Source: Candidatus Micrarchaeota archaeon | GTDB lineage: Archaea > Micrarchaeota > Micrarchaeia > Micrarchaeales > Micrarchaeaceae | Assembly (NCBI GenBank): GCA_021848125.1 | Contig: JAJZMY010000019.1 | Span: 13,054 to 77,053 of the forward strand | DNA length: 64,000 nucleotides | Reading direction: 5' to 3' | In this document: in pieces, positions 56,336 to 64,000 of the stretch | Layout of the letters: every line of letters starts with the position of its first letter | Position numbering within the stretch: the stretch's first letter is position 1 | Program-made: the position numbers and the translations under genes | The notes under the pieces: model-generated | The model's input: only the letters and a program-made list of their open reading frames with translations | Told to the model about the DNA's origin: nothing | Database searches by the model: none

Positions 56336-57475
56336 TTAAATTACATTTTTTAATGCATGCTCTGAGCTTAATGAGGGCGCTCCTAGCAAGTCTCCTACTT
56401 GCTCCATAAAATTAAATGCAATTATTAATGAAAAAATATAAATTATTAATGTATATAATACTGGCTCTAAAATATATGTTGTAATAAATCCAAAAGGTGC
56501 AATAACCCCATTGATTGTATTTATAATTGAAGTAAAAATATTTATTCCACTATTTACGCTTGACACCTTGCTTGCTTGAAAATTACTATTAACCTGGCTT
56601 AGAGCACTTGCAGCAGAATTAGGGCATGCTGATGATGTTGATGCAGTTGATGCTGATGATGTTGATGCAAGGCATTGAAATGCAGCAGGCCCCATTAATC
56701 CAAAATAAAGCATAATTGGAAACATTATGTATAAGCCTGCAAACAGCCCAAGAAATGCGCCTCCAGCAGCCCTTGTCCATGGCACTGCCCTAAGAACAAT
56801 GCCAATATAAAGAAAAATCGGGAAAAATGCATAAATAATTCCCAGAATAATTGACATTCCAAACAATAGCATTATTAACATTCCAGAAATAGTTATCCCA
56901 TAATTTAATGGTGTTGAAATAATCCCAAACCCAGCAAAAGGCGAGAATGTAATTCCCTCCCAATTGGGATATATGCGCACTGTAATACTTGAAAATATTT
57001 TTATTATTAGTTGGGACAATGACATCTGAACTAATGGTGAAATCAATCCAAGTGAAGAAGTTGTCAGGCTTATGCAGTCAGAGCCATATATATTTGTTAT
57101 GCCTCCGCTTGCTGATGTGCTTGTAGAGCCAAGCATGCTCATTGCTGTAAGAAAAACAAATGCAACAATGCCTGTTAATATTATTTCTCCGATTTCAGCC
57201 CTTGTAAATATTAATAATTTTTCTATTCCAAGCCCATATGCAAGTGCGTACAAGAATCCAACAACTGTAATCATAACTAGAATTATCAGCACTGTCATTT
57301 TCAGCAATGCATTAGGCGCATTTGGAGCCAGTGTTAAAAAAGTGTTTTTCGGGTTTATTACTCCGCCTGGACCAGTGCAGAATTGCGTTATTGTTTCTGC
57401 ATGAATGCTTGGAATGATTAAAATAAACACTATTAAAATCAATAATGATTTTTTGATTGCATTGTTTTTTTTCAT
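56336..57475 (-). CDS. polytopic membrane protein, member 3 of the paralogous family
   Basis: Signal-like N-terminus (..IPSIHAET). FLYALA, linker RAEIGEIILTG, loop motif LRAVPWTRAAGGAFLGLFA..FP, S/T/A-rich loop CLASTSSASTASTSSAC, and tail VGDLLGAPS. It lies 12 nt from the next gene. Confidence 0.7.
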   Translation of the reverse strand: MKKNNAIKKSLLILIVFILIIPSIHAETITQFCTGPGGVINPKNTFLTLAPNAPNALLKMTVLIILVMITVVGFLYALAYGLGIEKLLIFTRAEIGEIILTGIVAFVFLTAMSMLGSTSTSASGGITNIYGSDCISLTTSSLGLISPLVQMSLSQLIIKIFSSITVRIYPNWEGITFSPFAGFGIISTPLNYGITISGMLIMLLFGMSIILGIIYAFFPIFLYIGIVLRAVPWTRAAGGAFLGLFAGLYIMFPIMLYFGLMGPAAFQCLASTSSASTASTSSACPNSAASALSQVNSNFQASKVSSVNSGINIFTSIINTINGVIAPFGFITTYILEPVLYTLIIYIFSLIIAFNFMEQVGDLLGAPSLSSEHALKNVI

Positions 57476-57488
57476 AGCATCTTTTTTA

Positions 57489-59072
57489 TTATATTATTTT
57501 TGACAATCCTGCCAGGTTTGTGTCTCCGCCGAGAAGGCCTGATAGCCCTATAATTGATGAAATAACAATAAAAATATTTATAATGGGAAGAAAATATGCA
57601 GTAACTCCTATTATGCCATATGCTTCCATAAATTTAAAAAATGCCCTTAATAAGCTATTGGGTCCACAATTGTCTGTTATGACCATATGGGGCACGCCTG
57701 GAGTAACAAGGGATCCAACGCCAGTATATACCAATGTTACTAATGATGAACCAGGTACAAGGAATTCAATAGAATCAATTGCCTCAGCTTCCAGAAGATT
57801 GTCATTTGACGGCCAGCATTGATAATAATATGCTATTTTGTTTAATTGAGGCTCAATGAAAAAATTAAGAGTATATGGATCTTGGACAGGAGTGCCTGAA
57901 GACCATTGGACAGGCGCATCTGATGGATATCCTGGTATGAATGTAATTGGGTTTGTTGCAATTGTATTGAATCCGTAAATTCCTCCAATGCATCCGCTTG
58001 CGCTTGGATTTGCAGAGCATGAGCTTGGAGACGATGAAATCAAATTTCCAATCCCGTTTCCAAGGCCAAGGTATTCAAGCAAAAACACTGCTGGAAATAT
58101 TAAAATCATTGCAATTCCGACTGCAATCAGCAATCCGCCTATTTTCCTGGTAAATATTGTTGCCCTTAATACTAATCCAGAGAATATGAGAACTGGCCAT
58201 GAATACAAAGAAATAATAATAAACAGGAACTGGGCAATGAATGAATTAAGAGCAGTTGTCAGCAATGCGCCAAGTGTTCCGAGCTCGCTGTAAACAATGT
58301 CAAACCCAGCATAAGGCGTTGCTGCATATCTTATATATAAAATTGGCAACGCAGTCGCTATTCCAGCAAGACCTTCAGGCACTGCTATAATTCCGCCCAC
58401 TGCTGAGCATGAAGCCATTGTTGGAATTGGATCCAGTAATGCATCAACTGCTGGTATGCACCAGCTCATTGTCGGCGTAAGCATTGACAAGTACCCAATA
58501 AAGCTGTCAAAAACAAACAAGCTGTTAAGATTGTGGGCCGTCTGGTTTGTCAAGTTTGCCAGGATTATTCCAGACGCTACTAATGGATAATCAATATGCC
58601 TTGTTGGAGAATCAAGGGAAGTATAAGCGCATAATCCTGGAAACTTGGAATAACTTGACTTTAAAAATGTGTTTGTGCTGGCGCCAAATGAATTAGTTCC
58701 TATTATATTTATAAAACTTGTTGTGTAGAGATTGCTGCATAAAGTACTGATTGTTCCTGGGGATGCTGGCGCTACTGATGAAGATGATGAAGAACTGTAA
58801 AAGAAGTTTGAATTTGTTAATACTGAATCAAAGCTTGTTGCCAAAAACAGCAGAATTCCAATAATTATCATTGCCAGGATTGCTGTGCCAACTGCCTGGT
58901 ATGCCTCTGTTTTTGCGCCTTCTTTTATTTTGGAATTATTAAGAAAAGAGCCAATAAAATACCACACACTGACAACTGCAAAATCAAGAATAATTGCAAT
59001 AATAACCAATGGCATTATTGCATTTGATGCCGAAGAAAAACTCAATGGATTAATGCTTGATAATAAAAACAT
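57489..59072 (-). CDS. polytopic membrane protein, member 4 of the paralogous family (largest, 527 aa)
   Basis: Linker KTEAYQAVGTA, an SSSSSSVAPASP stretch, several paired-Cys loops, loop motif LRATIFTRKIGGLLIAVGI..FP, and tail LLGGDTNLAGLSKII. Confidence 0.7.
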   Translation of the reverse strand: MFLLSSINPLSFSSASNAIMPLVIIAIILDFAVVSVWYFIGSFLNNSKIKEGAKTEAYQAVGTAILAMIIIGILLFLATSFDSVLTNSNFFYSSSSSSSVAPASPGTISTLCSNLYTTSFINIIGTNSFGASTNTFLKSSYSKFPGLCAYTSLDSPTRHIDYPLVASGIILANLTNQTAHNLNSLFVFDSFIGYLSMLTPTMSWCIPAVDALLDPIPTMASCSAVGGIIAVPEGLAGIATALPILYIRYAATPYAGFDIVYSELGTLGALLTTALNSFIAQFLFIIISLYSWPVLIFSGLVLRATIFTRKIGGLLIAVGIAMILIFPAVFLLEYLGLGNGIGNLISSSPSSCSANPSASGCIGGIYGFNTIATNPITFIPGYPSDAPVQWSSGTPVQDPYTLNFFIEPQLNKIAYYYQCWPSNDNLLEAEAIDSIEFLVPGSSLVTLVYTGVGSLVTPGVPHMVITDNCGPNSLLRAFFKFMEAYGIIGVTAYFLPIINIFIVISSIIGLSGLLGGDTNLAGLSKII

Positions 59073-59109
59073 TTTATCATTTAATTTATTGTTCTTTTAT
59101 TTTATATTC

Positions 59110-59226
59110 TTTTTGCAAAAGCTTTTTTTAAAAGCTTTATTTCTGCTAAAGCTTCAGCAGGTTTGCTGCTGAATTTTGCAAACTTTTCATTTTGCCAAAG
59201 CTTTTTTTAAAAGCTTTATTATTCAT
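59110..59226 (-). repeat. palindromic intergenic repeat, long form (copy 3, inverted orientation)
   Basis: The reverse complement reads atgaataataaagcttttaaaaaaagctttggcaaaatgaaaagtttgcaaaattcagcagcaaacctgctgaagctttagcagaaataaagcttttaaaaaaagcttttgcaaaa. It fills the 150-nt gap between paralogs 5 and 4. Confidence 0.8.
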
Positions 59227-60674
59227 ATTAAATTTGTATTCAAAGCTTTTGTCAGCCCCATTGCAAATCCAATGACAATTGCAAAATCAATTCCCAGCAT
59301 AAAAAATACAGTGAATTCAAATTGCGCAATTTCATTAACAAGGTTTAATAAATCCTGAATAACTATATTCGGATCAATAATTGACCAAATCACATTGCCT
59401 GTTACTGCTGTTGAAAGAATTTGATCTATTGACGGCAATCCTATTCCAAGAATTGTTGCTGACGCTGTCGGGTTGCCTGCGAATAAGGAGCTGGATGGTA
59501 TTTTATTCAATAAATATGTTGAATGCAAATAAGTATACGAAGGGTTTTTCGAGCTGAATATCCAGTGAATTGCCCATGCATTAAAAACAATTGTTAATGG
59601 CAGTATAAGGTAAAAGGCAATTGCCAAGGCAAGAAATGCATTTGCTGCTGATTTCAAGCCAACACTTTGCGCAGCTGCGCCTCCTCCCCCAAAACCAGAA
59701 TAAGCAATCATTCTAAGAACCAATGCAACTGGCAGCACAACAGTAAAAGCAACAAACTGTATAACAGGCAGAATCAGCCATAATAAATACAGCAAGCCAA
59801 TAGCCATAATTACAAGAGGAGCAAAAATTGAAAGCAGCAAATCGCTTAAAATATTGTATGATGCTCCCAAATCATAGCCAGTTGAAAATTGGACAGACAA
59901 TGAAAAAGGCCCTAATGAAGTAGCTGCAGAAATACTTGAAGATAGTGCAGAAGTTAGAACTGAACTTGCTGAAGCAATAACATTAAACAGCAACTGGCCA
60001 ATATTTGAAAATATCATTGAATCAATATTAAAGCCTATTGCATAAGTATAAATCTGGATCAACAGTTTAATTCCAACAGAATTTGATAAATTTCCAATAT
60101 AATAATCAGCAAACTGAAAAGGATTGCTTGCAGGAACAGGATATGTTCCAGTGCTTAAAGAACTTCCAATTGAGCTTGTTATTTTGCATGCACTTGTAGT
60201 AAAGGTAAGAAGCAGCATAAGTATTGCAGCGCTTATTATTACCTGGATTAATTCTATTTTTGTGATTTGCGTGAATTTTTCCCTTTCCCTTGCTGAAATA
60301 AATCGTGATGCCATATAAATAAATGAAATAACAAGCAGGCTTACTATTAAGACATATAAATTTATCCACATCCAGTTATTGTAATTTCCAGTGCTTGTTC
60401 CCCCAAATAAACTGCACGACTGTATGCTCGGGCCTGTACTTGTTGGCGCAGGAGATGAAGCAGGGATTGCTGTCGCTCCGGCAGCATTAATATTCATGAA
60501 TACAGATAAAAACAAAACAGCAATAAAGCCAATCAAAATAAAAAATGATTTTTGGTTTTTTATTTTTTTATTATTTATTAAATTAGTTTTAGTGCTTTTG
60601 CGCATGCTCATTCTGTATTTATTTTTTTGATTTTTGCCAAAGCTTTTTTTAAAAGCTTTATTTATATTATTCAT
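59223..60674 (-). CDS. polytopic membrane protein, member 5 of the paralogous family (divergent loop motif)
   Basis: S/T/P-rich segment ATAIPASSPAPTSTGPSIQSC. FIYMAS, linker KIELIQVIISA, and a degenerate motif LRMIAYSGFGGGGAAAQ. The first 21 codons (MNNINKAFKKSFGKNQK..) are read from a copy of the palindromic repeat. Met22 or Met24 (60611 or 60605) may be the real start. Confidence 0.65.
   Translation of the reverse strand: MNNINKAFKKSFGKNQKNKYRMSMRKSTKTNLINNKKIKNQKSFFILIGFIAVLFLSVFMNINAAGATAIPASSPAPTSTGPSIQSCSLFGGTSTGNYNNWMWINLYVLIVSLLVISFIYMASRFISAREREKFTQITKIELIQVIISAAILMLLLTFTTSACKITSSIGSSLSTGTYPVPASNPFQFADYYIGNLSNSVGIKLLIQIYTYAIGFNIDSMIFSNIGQLLFNVIASASSVLTSALSSSISAATSLGPFSLSVQFSTGYDLGASYNILSDLLLSIFAPLVIMAIGLLYLLWLILPVIQFVAFTVVLPVALVLRMIAYSGFGGGGAAAQSVGLKSAANAFLALAIAFYLILPLTIVFNAWAIHWIFSSKNPSYTYLHSTYLLNKIPSSSLFAGNPTASATILGIGLPSIDQILSTAVTGNVIWSIIDPNIVIQDLLNLVNEIAQFEFTVFFMLGIDFAIVIGFAMGLTKALNTNLI
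60628..60674 (-). repeat. palindromic intergenic repeat, short form (inverted), overlapping the annotated 5' end of paralog 5
   Basis: The reverse complement reads atgaataatataaataaagcttttaaaaaaagctttggcaaaaatca. Confidence 0.75.
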
Positions 60675-60739
60675 GATATTTCATTTAATTTAATTTCAAA
60701 CAATATTTAATATTTTAATATTCTGGTTTTTATTTTTTA

Positions 60740-62053
60740 TTATGCTAATTTCAATCTTCCAATTCCTAATTTTAAAGCACCACCTAATAATCTTGCAATG
60801 TTTTCTGCAATAACAATTGTTATTACTAAATCAATTATTAAAAGCAAAAATTCTATTATTAATGGCAAAATTAAAAATAATACATAATTGTACACAGCAG
60901 AAATTCCAGACATTGGCCCAAACATGCCAACTAAAATGCCAGTAAAAAATACAGATGAATCAACAATAAATGGCGATGTTACAATACTGCAGATAGGGGT
61001 TTTTACTGTATTAAATATTTGCTGCAGTAAAGGGCAAATTAATGGAGAGGTGTTTATTGTAAATGTTGTTGGGGCAGTCGGAGGGCTTAGGGTATTCATT
61101 AAGAAATTCTGAATCGGCACATTTATTGCAAGCAATAATGTTGGAAATATTATTGAAATGGCAATTGCAATTGCAATCAGCATTCCGCCAATTGATCTTA
61201 AAAAAGGCATTGCCCTGAATACAAGGCCTATTGGCAGCAAAATTGAAAGGCACAACATAGCCAATGGAATAAACATATCTTTCATAAACTGGAATAGCAT
61301 TAATAAAGGAACAGTAATAAAGTCAAATGCCTGGTTTACAAATGAATAGCTGCCGTGTGATGATTCAAGAGTATTTGACAAAAACAGATTCTCTTGAAAT
61401 CCAAATGACAATGCCCCAATTGTAAGTGGAGGAATTGGAAGCACTGGAATTGGAATATAAAGCATCACTGAAATGCTTTTTATAAAGCTTAATCCAACAG
61501 ATACGCCGAGCAGTCCCCAGTAAGCAGTATAAGCTGATGCAAGTTCTGGTACAAGATAATTTGACTGAATAGAAGTATAAAGCGAGCCTAATGTCGAGCT
61601 TAAGCTTGTTGTAGAGCCAGGCGGAGCGCCTACAAGCGCATTTGCAATGCCGCCGATTTCAACAAGCAGTGAAAAAATAATAGCAACCAGCAACGCGCTT
61701 TTTGTAAGCTCCCATATTTCAGCCTTGTACCAGTTTTTAAATCCAGATATCTGCAAAACCTCTCCAATCATGTAAGATACTGCAATCATTAAAAGAGACA
61801 CGGTTAGAGCAATTAATGCAATTGGAATTGAATCAGTAATGCATTTTCCAACTGGCTCACTGCTTCCAGTCATAATACAATAAGTGCTAGGCAGTGCTGT
61901 TGCAGATGCAGGAGAAGTTGTCTTGCTTGGAGTACATGATAAAGAAAGAGAACAAGCAGTTCCTGCTGGAGTTGCTGTAATGAAAAAATTAGAAAATATA
62001 AAAAAAGATAAAAATAAAATAAATATAAATAATAAATTAATTTTTTTATTCAT
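60740..62053 (-). CDS. polytopic membrane protein, member 6 of the paralogous family
   Basis: Signal-like N-terminus, then TPAGTACSLSLSCTPSKTTSPASATALPSTYC..KC. SYMIG, linker KAEIWELTKSA, loop motif FRAMPFLRSIGGMLIAIAI..FP, and tail LLGGALKLGIGRLKLA. Confidence 0.7.
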   Translation of the reverse strand: MNKKINLLFIFILFLSFFIFSNFFITATPAGTACSLSLSCTPSKTTSPASATALPSTYCIMTGSSEPVGKCITDSIPIALIALTVSLLMIAVSYMIGEVLQISGFKNWYKAEIWELTKSALLVAIIFSLLVEIGGIANALVGAPPGSTTSLSSTLGSLYTSIQSNYLVPELASAYTAYWGLLGVSVGLSFIKSISVMLYIPIPVLPIPPLTIGALSFGFQENLFLSNTLESSHGSYSFVNQAFDFITVPLLMLFQFMKDMFIPLAMLCLSILLPIGLVFRAMPFLRSIGGMLIAIAIAISIIFPTLLLAINVPIQNFLMNTLSPPTAPTTFTINTSPLICPLLQQIFNTVKTPICSIVTSPFIVDSSVFFTGILVGMFGPMSGISAVYNYVLFLILPLIIEFLLLIIDLVITIVIAENIARLLGGALKLGIGRLKLA

Positions 62054-62277
62054 ACTTAATTTTATTTAGTAATACTTTAATAACTTTCTTTTAAAAATTG
62101 ACTCTCTAATTTTGGAAAGTCTTTTGAAATTAGTACCATATTAATTTAATGCAATGAATTTTTTTAAATTTATTTATAAATTGCCTTTGCAGCATTTTTT
62201 ATTTTTTTAATTGAAGTATCTATATTATCATTTAAATTTTAGAAAAAATGCAATTTAAATAAACAAAAGATTTTTAA

Positions 62278-62923
62278 ATGTATAATAAAAACAAGAGAGC
62301 AAAAAATAAAGGCTGAAATAGAAGATAAAGTCATTGAGGCAATATTTTCTATAACGGATAAAGCAGCATTTCATGGAGGCACATGTGTTTGGAGATGTTA
62401 TGGTGGAAAGAGATTCTCACAGGATATTGATATCTATGTGTGGGACAGAAACCTGGAATATAAATTAAAAGAATCGTTGGAAAAGGTTGGATTAAATGTT
62501 CTTAAGTATAGATTTAAAGAACATATAATTTTTATACATGTCTCTCTATTGAATGCGGAGCAATTTGAAGTAAAGATAGAAATAAACAATAAAAAAATTG
62601 AAAATTTTATTGTTGTATTTTATGAAACAGTTAGTGGACGGGGCATGCAGATAAATAATTTATCTGATGAGGATCTAGTTCTAGAAAAGATAAACGCATA
62701 TAATAATCGAAGATTACATAAAGATTTGTATGATATTACAATATTACTAAACAGCATTGCAAATTCTGCACATATAAATAGTGCTTTGACAAAATTTATA
62801 AGTGCTATCGCTCCTCCAAAAGATGCATATATTGAATTTAAAGCTACAATTTATTCTGGGTCTATTTCATCATTTGGTAGTATGATAGATTTAATAAAAA
62901 GATGGATAAAACAAAATAGATGA
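62278..62923 (+). pseudogene. AbiEii-like nucleotidyltransferase (toxin-type), reading frame broken near an A5 run
   Basis: The frame holding the NTase motif (AAFHGGTCVWRCYGGKRFSQDIDIYVW) is open from 62243. It has no ATG, GTG or TTG before GTG 62438, which lies after the catalytic motif. ATG 62278 is in a different frame and stops after 12 codons. Deleting one A from the run at 62287-62291 would fuse them into MYNKTREQKIKAEIEDKV... Confidence 0.5.
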
Positions 62924-62927
62924 AAAA

Positions 62928-63533
62928 ATGACAAAAAAATATATTAAGATATTTAAAGAGCATTTTAAAACAGTTCCTGTCTTTACAACAAGAGATGTAA
63001 GGCTTTTTTTAAACCAATTTGGATCTAAAAATTATGCTCTTAGATTCATTCAAAATCTAAAAAAATCAAATGCCTTAATAGAATTGAAAAATGGTTTTTA
63101 TACATTAATAGATGACATCACTGTTTCTGGTTTCATGTTTGATCCGTTTTATTATGGATTAGGCAAGGCATTAACATACTATAATTGCTGGGATTATGTC
63201 ACACCAATGGTAATAATAACCATCAGAAATGTAAGAAGCGGGATAAGGATGATAATGGGAATGAATGTAGATGTTAAGAGAATAAATAAAAAAATGTTCT
63301 TTGGCTTCAGATATGTTCCGTATGAAAATATGTTTTATATTCCAATGGCGACATTAGAGAAAACCTTGATAGATCTTGCATATTTTAATATGGGGCTTGG
63401 AGATCCTCAGATATATAAAAATATTCTGGAGAAGATAGATCATGATGAGCTTAAGAAGCTGATGAAGCAGACACCATTAAGAATAAAAAAAAGAGTCGAG
63501 AATATAATTAAGAATTACTCTTCAAGGGCATAA
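62928..63533 (+). CDS. AbiEi-like wHTH protein (antitoxin/transcriptional regulator type)
   Basis: The N-terminus FTTRDVRLFLNQFGSKNYALRFIQNLKKSNALIELKNGFYTL fits the AbiEi N-terminal wHTH pattern (..l..l.k.g.l..l.rG.Y.l). The gene starts 4 nt after the NTase stop. Confidence 0.5.
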   Translation: MTKKYIKIFKEHFKTVPVFTTRDVRLFLNQFGSKNYALRFIQNLKKSNALIELKNGFYTLIDDITVSGFMFDPFYYGLGKALTYYNCWDYVTPMVIITIRNVRSGIRMIMGMNVDVKRINKKMFFGFRYVPYENMFYIPMATLEKTLIDLAYFNMGLGDPQIYKNILEKIDHDELKKLMKQTPLRIKKRVENIIKNYSSRA

Positions 63534-63572
63534 TCTCAATGCCTTTATTTGCAATATTTGTCTCTATAATCC

Positions 63573-64000
63573 TTAATGCTTTAATAATGCAAATCTTTTC
63601 ATATATGATTCTGCCTGAAGAATTACTAGAAATGGCAGTATAAAAATAGAATTAAAAATAAGCATAATAAATATTGATATCAGTGTAGGAAATAGGGATG
63701 TAAAAATAAAGTCAAATAAAGTAATCAGCACAACTGCAATAATAAGCCATAGTATAAAATAATTGAATTTTTTTGAAAAGAATGAAATGCTTTTTTTAAT
63801 TGCATTGATTGTCTTAGAATCATCAATTACTATTGATGAAGGCGCATAAAAAAATATAGGAATCAGACACAGCAGAATAACAGCGCTTACTAATCCTGAA
63901 AAGCCAAAAACCAATTTGTTAAGCAAAATCGGAACTGCAATGGCAATAAAACTAAACAATAATAAAACTAAAAAAACTTTTCCAGTATATTTCTCAAGCC
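63573..64000 (-). CDS. integral membrane protein, partial (the ORF stays open to the right window edge)
   Basis: About 4 hydrophobic segments. The in-frame translation upstream of the listed TTG start (..LEKYTGKVFLVLLL) has no stop before position 64000. Confidence 0.4.
   Translation of the reverse strand, partial: LEKYTGKVFLVLLLFSFIAIAVPILLNKLVFGFSGLVSAVILLCLIPIFFYAPSSIVIDDSKTINAIKKSISFFSKKFNYFILWLIIAVVLITLFDFIFTSLFPTLISIFIMLIFNSIFILPFLVILQAESYMKRFALLKH

Noticed and set aside
28282-60674. Whether the recurring palindromic repeats could be a CRISPR array.
   Set aside because: The copies are kilobases apart, occur in both orientations, vary in length and sit singly behind genes. There are no regularly spaced direct repeats with spacers and no cas genes.
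54671-61349. Numerous 60-110 aa ORFs on the + strand and in alternative minus frames inside the six-paralog block (for example 54671, 54755, 54983, 57072, 57520, 57988, 58885, 60106, 60124, 60391, 60888, 61011, 61158).
   Set aside because: All overlap the long, mutually paralogous minus-strand ORFs. The locally higher GC content reduces stop codons in off-frames. None shows family resemblance or its own start context.
54031-62053. Visibly higher GC content in the six-paralog block (and in secY) as evidence for horizontal transfer.
   Set aside because: The shift is explained by amino-acid composition: Ala, Gly, Leu and Pro-rich membrane proteins. It is equally visible in the core gene secY. 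I could not compute codon-usage statistics, so no horizontal-transfer claim is made.
49220-63533. An integrated virus, plasmid or conjugative element as the explanation for the accessory-looking region.
   Set aside because: No integrase, transposase, replication initiator, capsid, terminase or VirB4/HerA-type ATPase is recognisable. No flanking direct repeats or tRNA-adjacent att-like site are seen; the only tRNA is 28 kb away. The idea remains untested rather than supported.

Overview
This is a strongly AT-rich, gene-dense archaeal chromosome segment. The gene content points to a small-genome, DPANN-like archaeon, but that lineage call is inference. Supporting genes are the proteasome/exosome superoperon, Rpo7/Spt4, RpoP, Nop5, an archaeal histone, TopoVI-B, Hel308, AglB, an archaeal-type LeuRS, a class I CCA enzyme, and a tRNA with an intron in the T-loop. 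I support about 65 protein genes, one intron-containing tRNA, and a family of 7 palindromic intergenic repeats. I see no rRNA, CRISPR array, transposase or integrase. Most of 1-49 kb is housekeeping: psmA-SBDS-rrp4-rrp41-rrp42-rpl37ae-rpoP, guaB, secY, leuS, truD, sdhAB, lpd, sod. The main candidate for something undescribed is at 54.0-62.1 kb. It is six tandem, same-strand, distantly paralogous multi-pass membrane proteins that share a signal-like N-terminus, loops rich in S/T/A/P with paired cysteines, an R-x-x-P-x-T-R-x-x-G-G loop motif and an LGG-like tail. I cannot place them in any family I know. They are preceded at 49.2-53.3 kb by a coiled-coil/wHTH-like protein, a very large protein with about three dozen N-glycosylation sequons, and a lipoprotein-like ORF, and the palindromic repeats punctuate the block. 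Other notable items are a single-repeat (half-size) TBP, an N-terminally truncated Nop5 not linked to fibrillarin, and an AbiE-like toxin-antitoxin pair whose nucleotidyltransferase is out of frame at an A5 run. There is also a DsbA-like protein lacking its CxxC motif, and many ORF-track starts appear to lie inside GGTGA Shine-Dalgarno-like motifs. All function calls come from motif recognition by eye; no database search was run.
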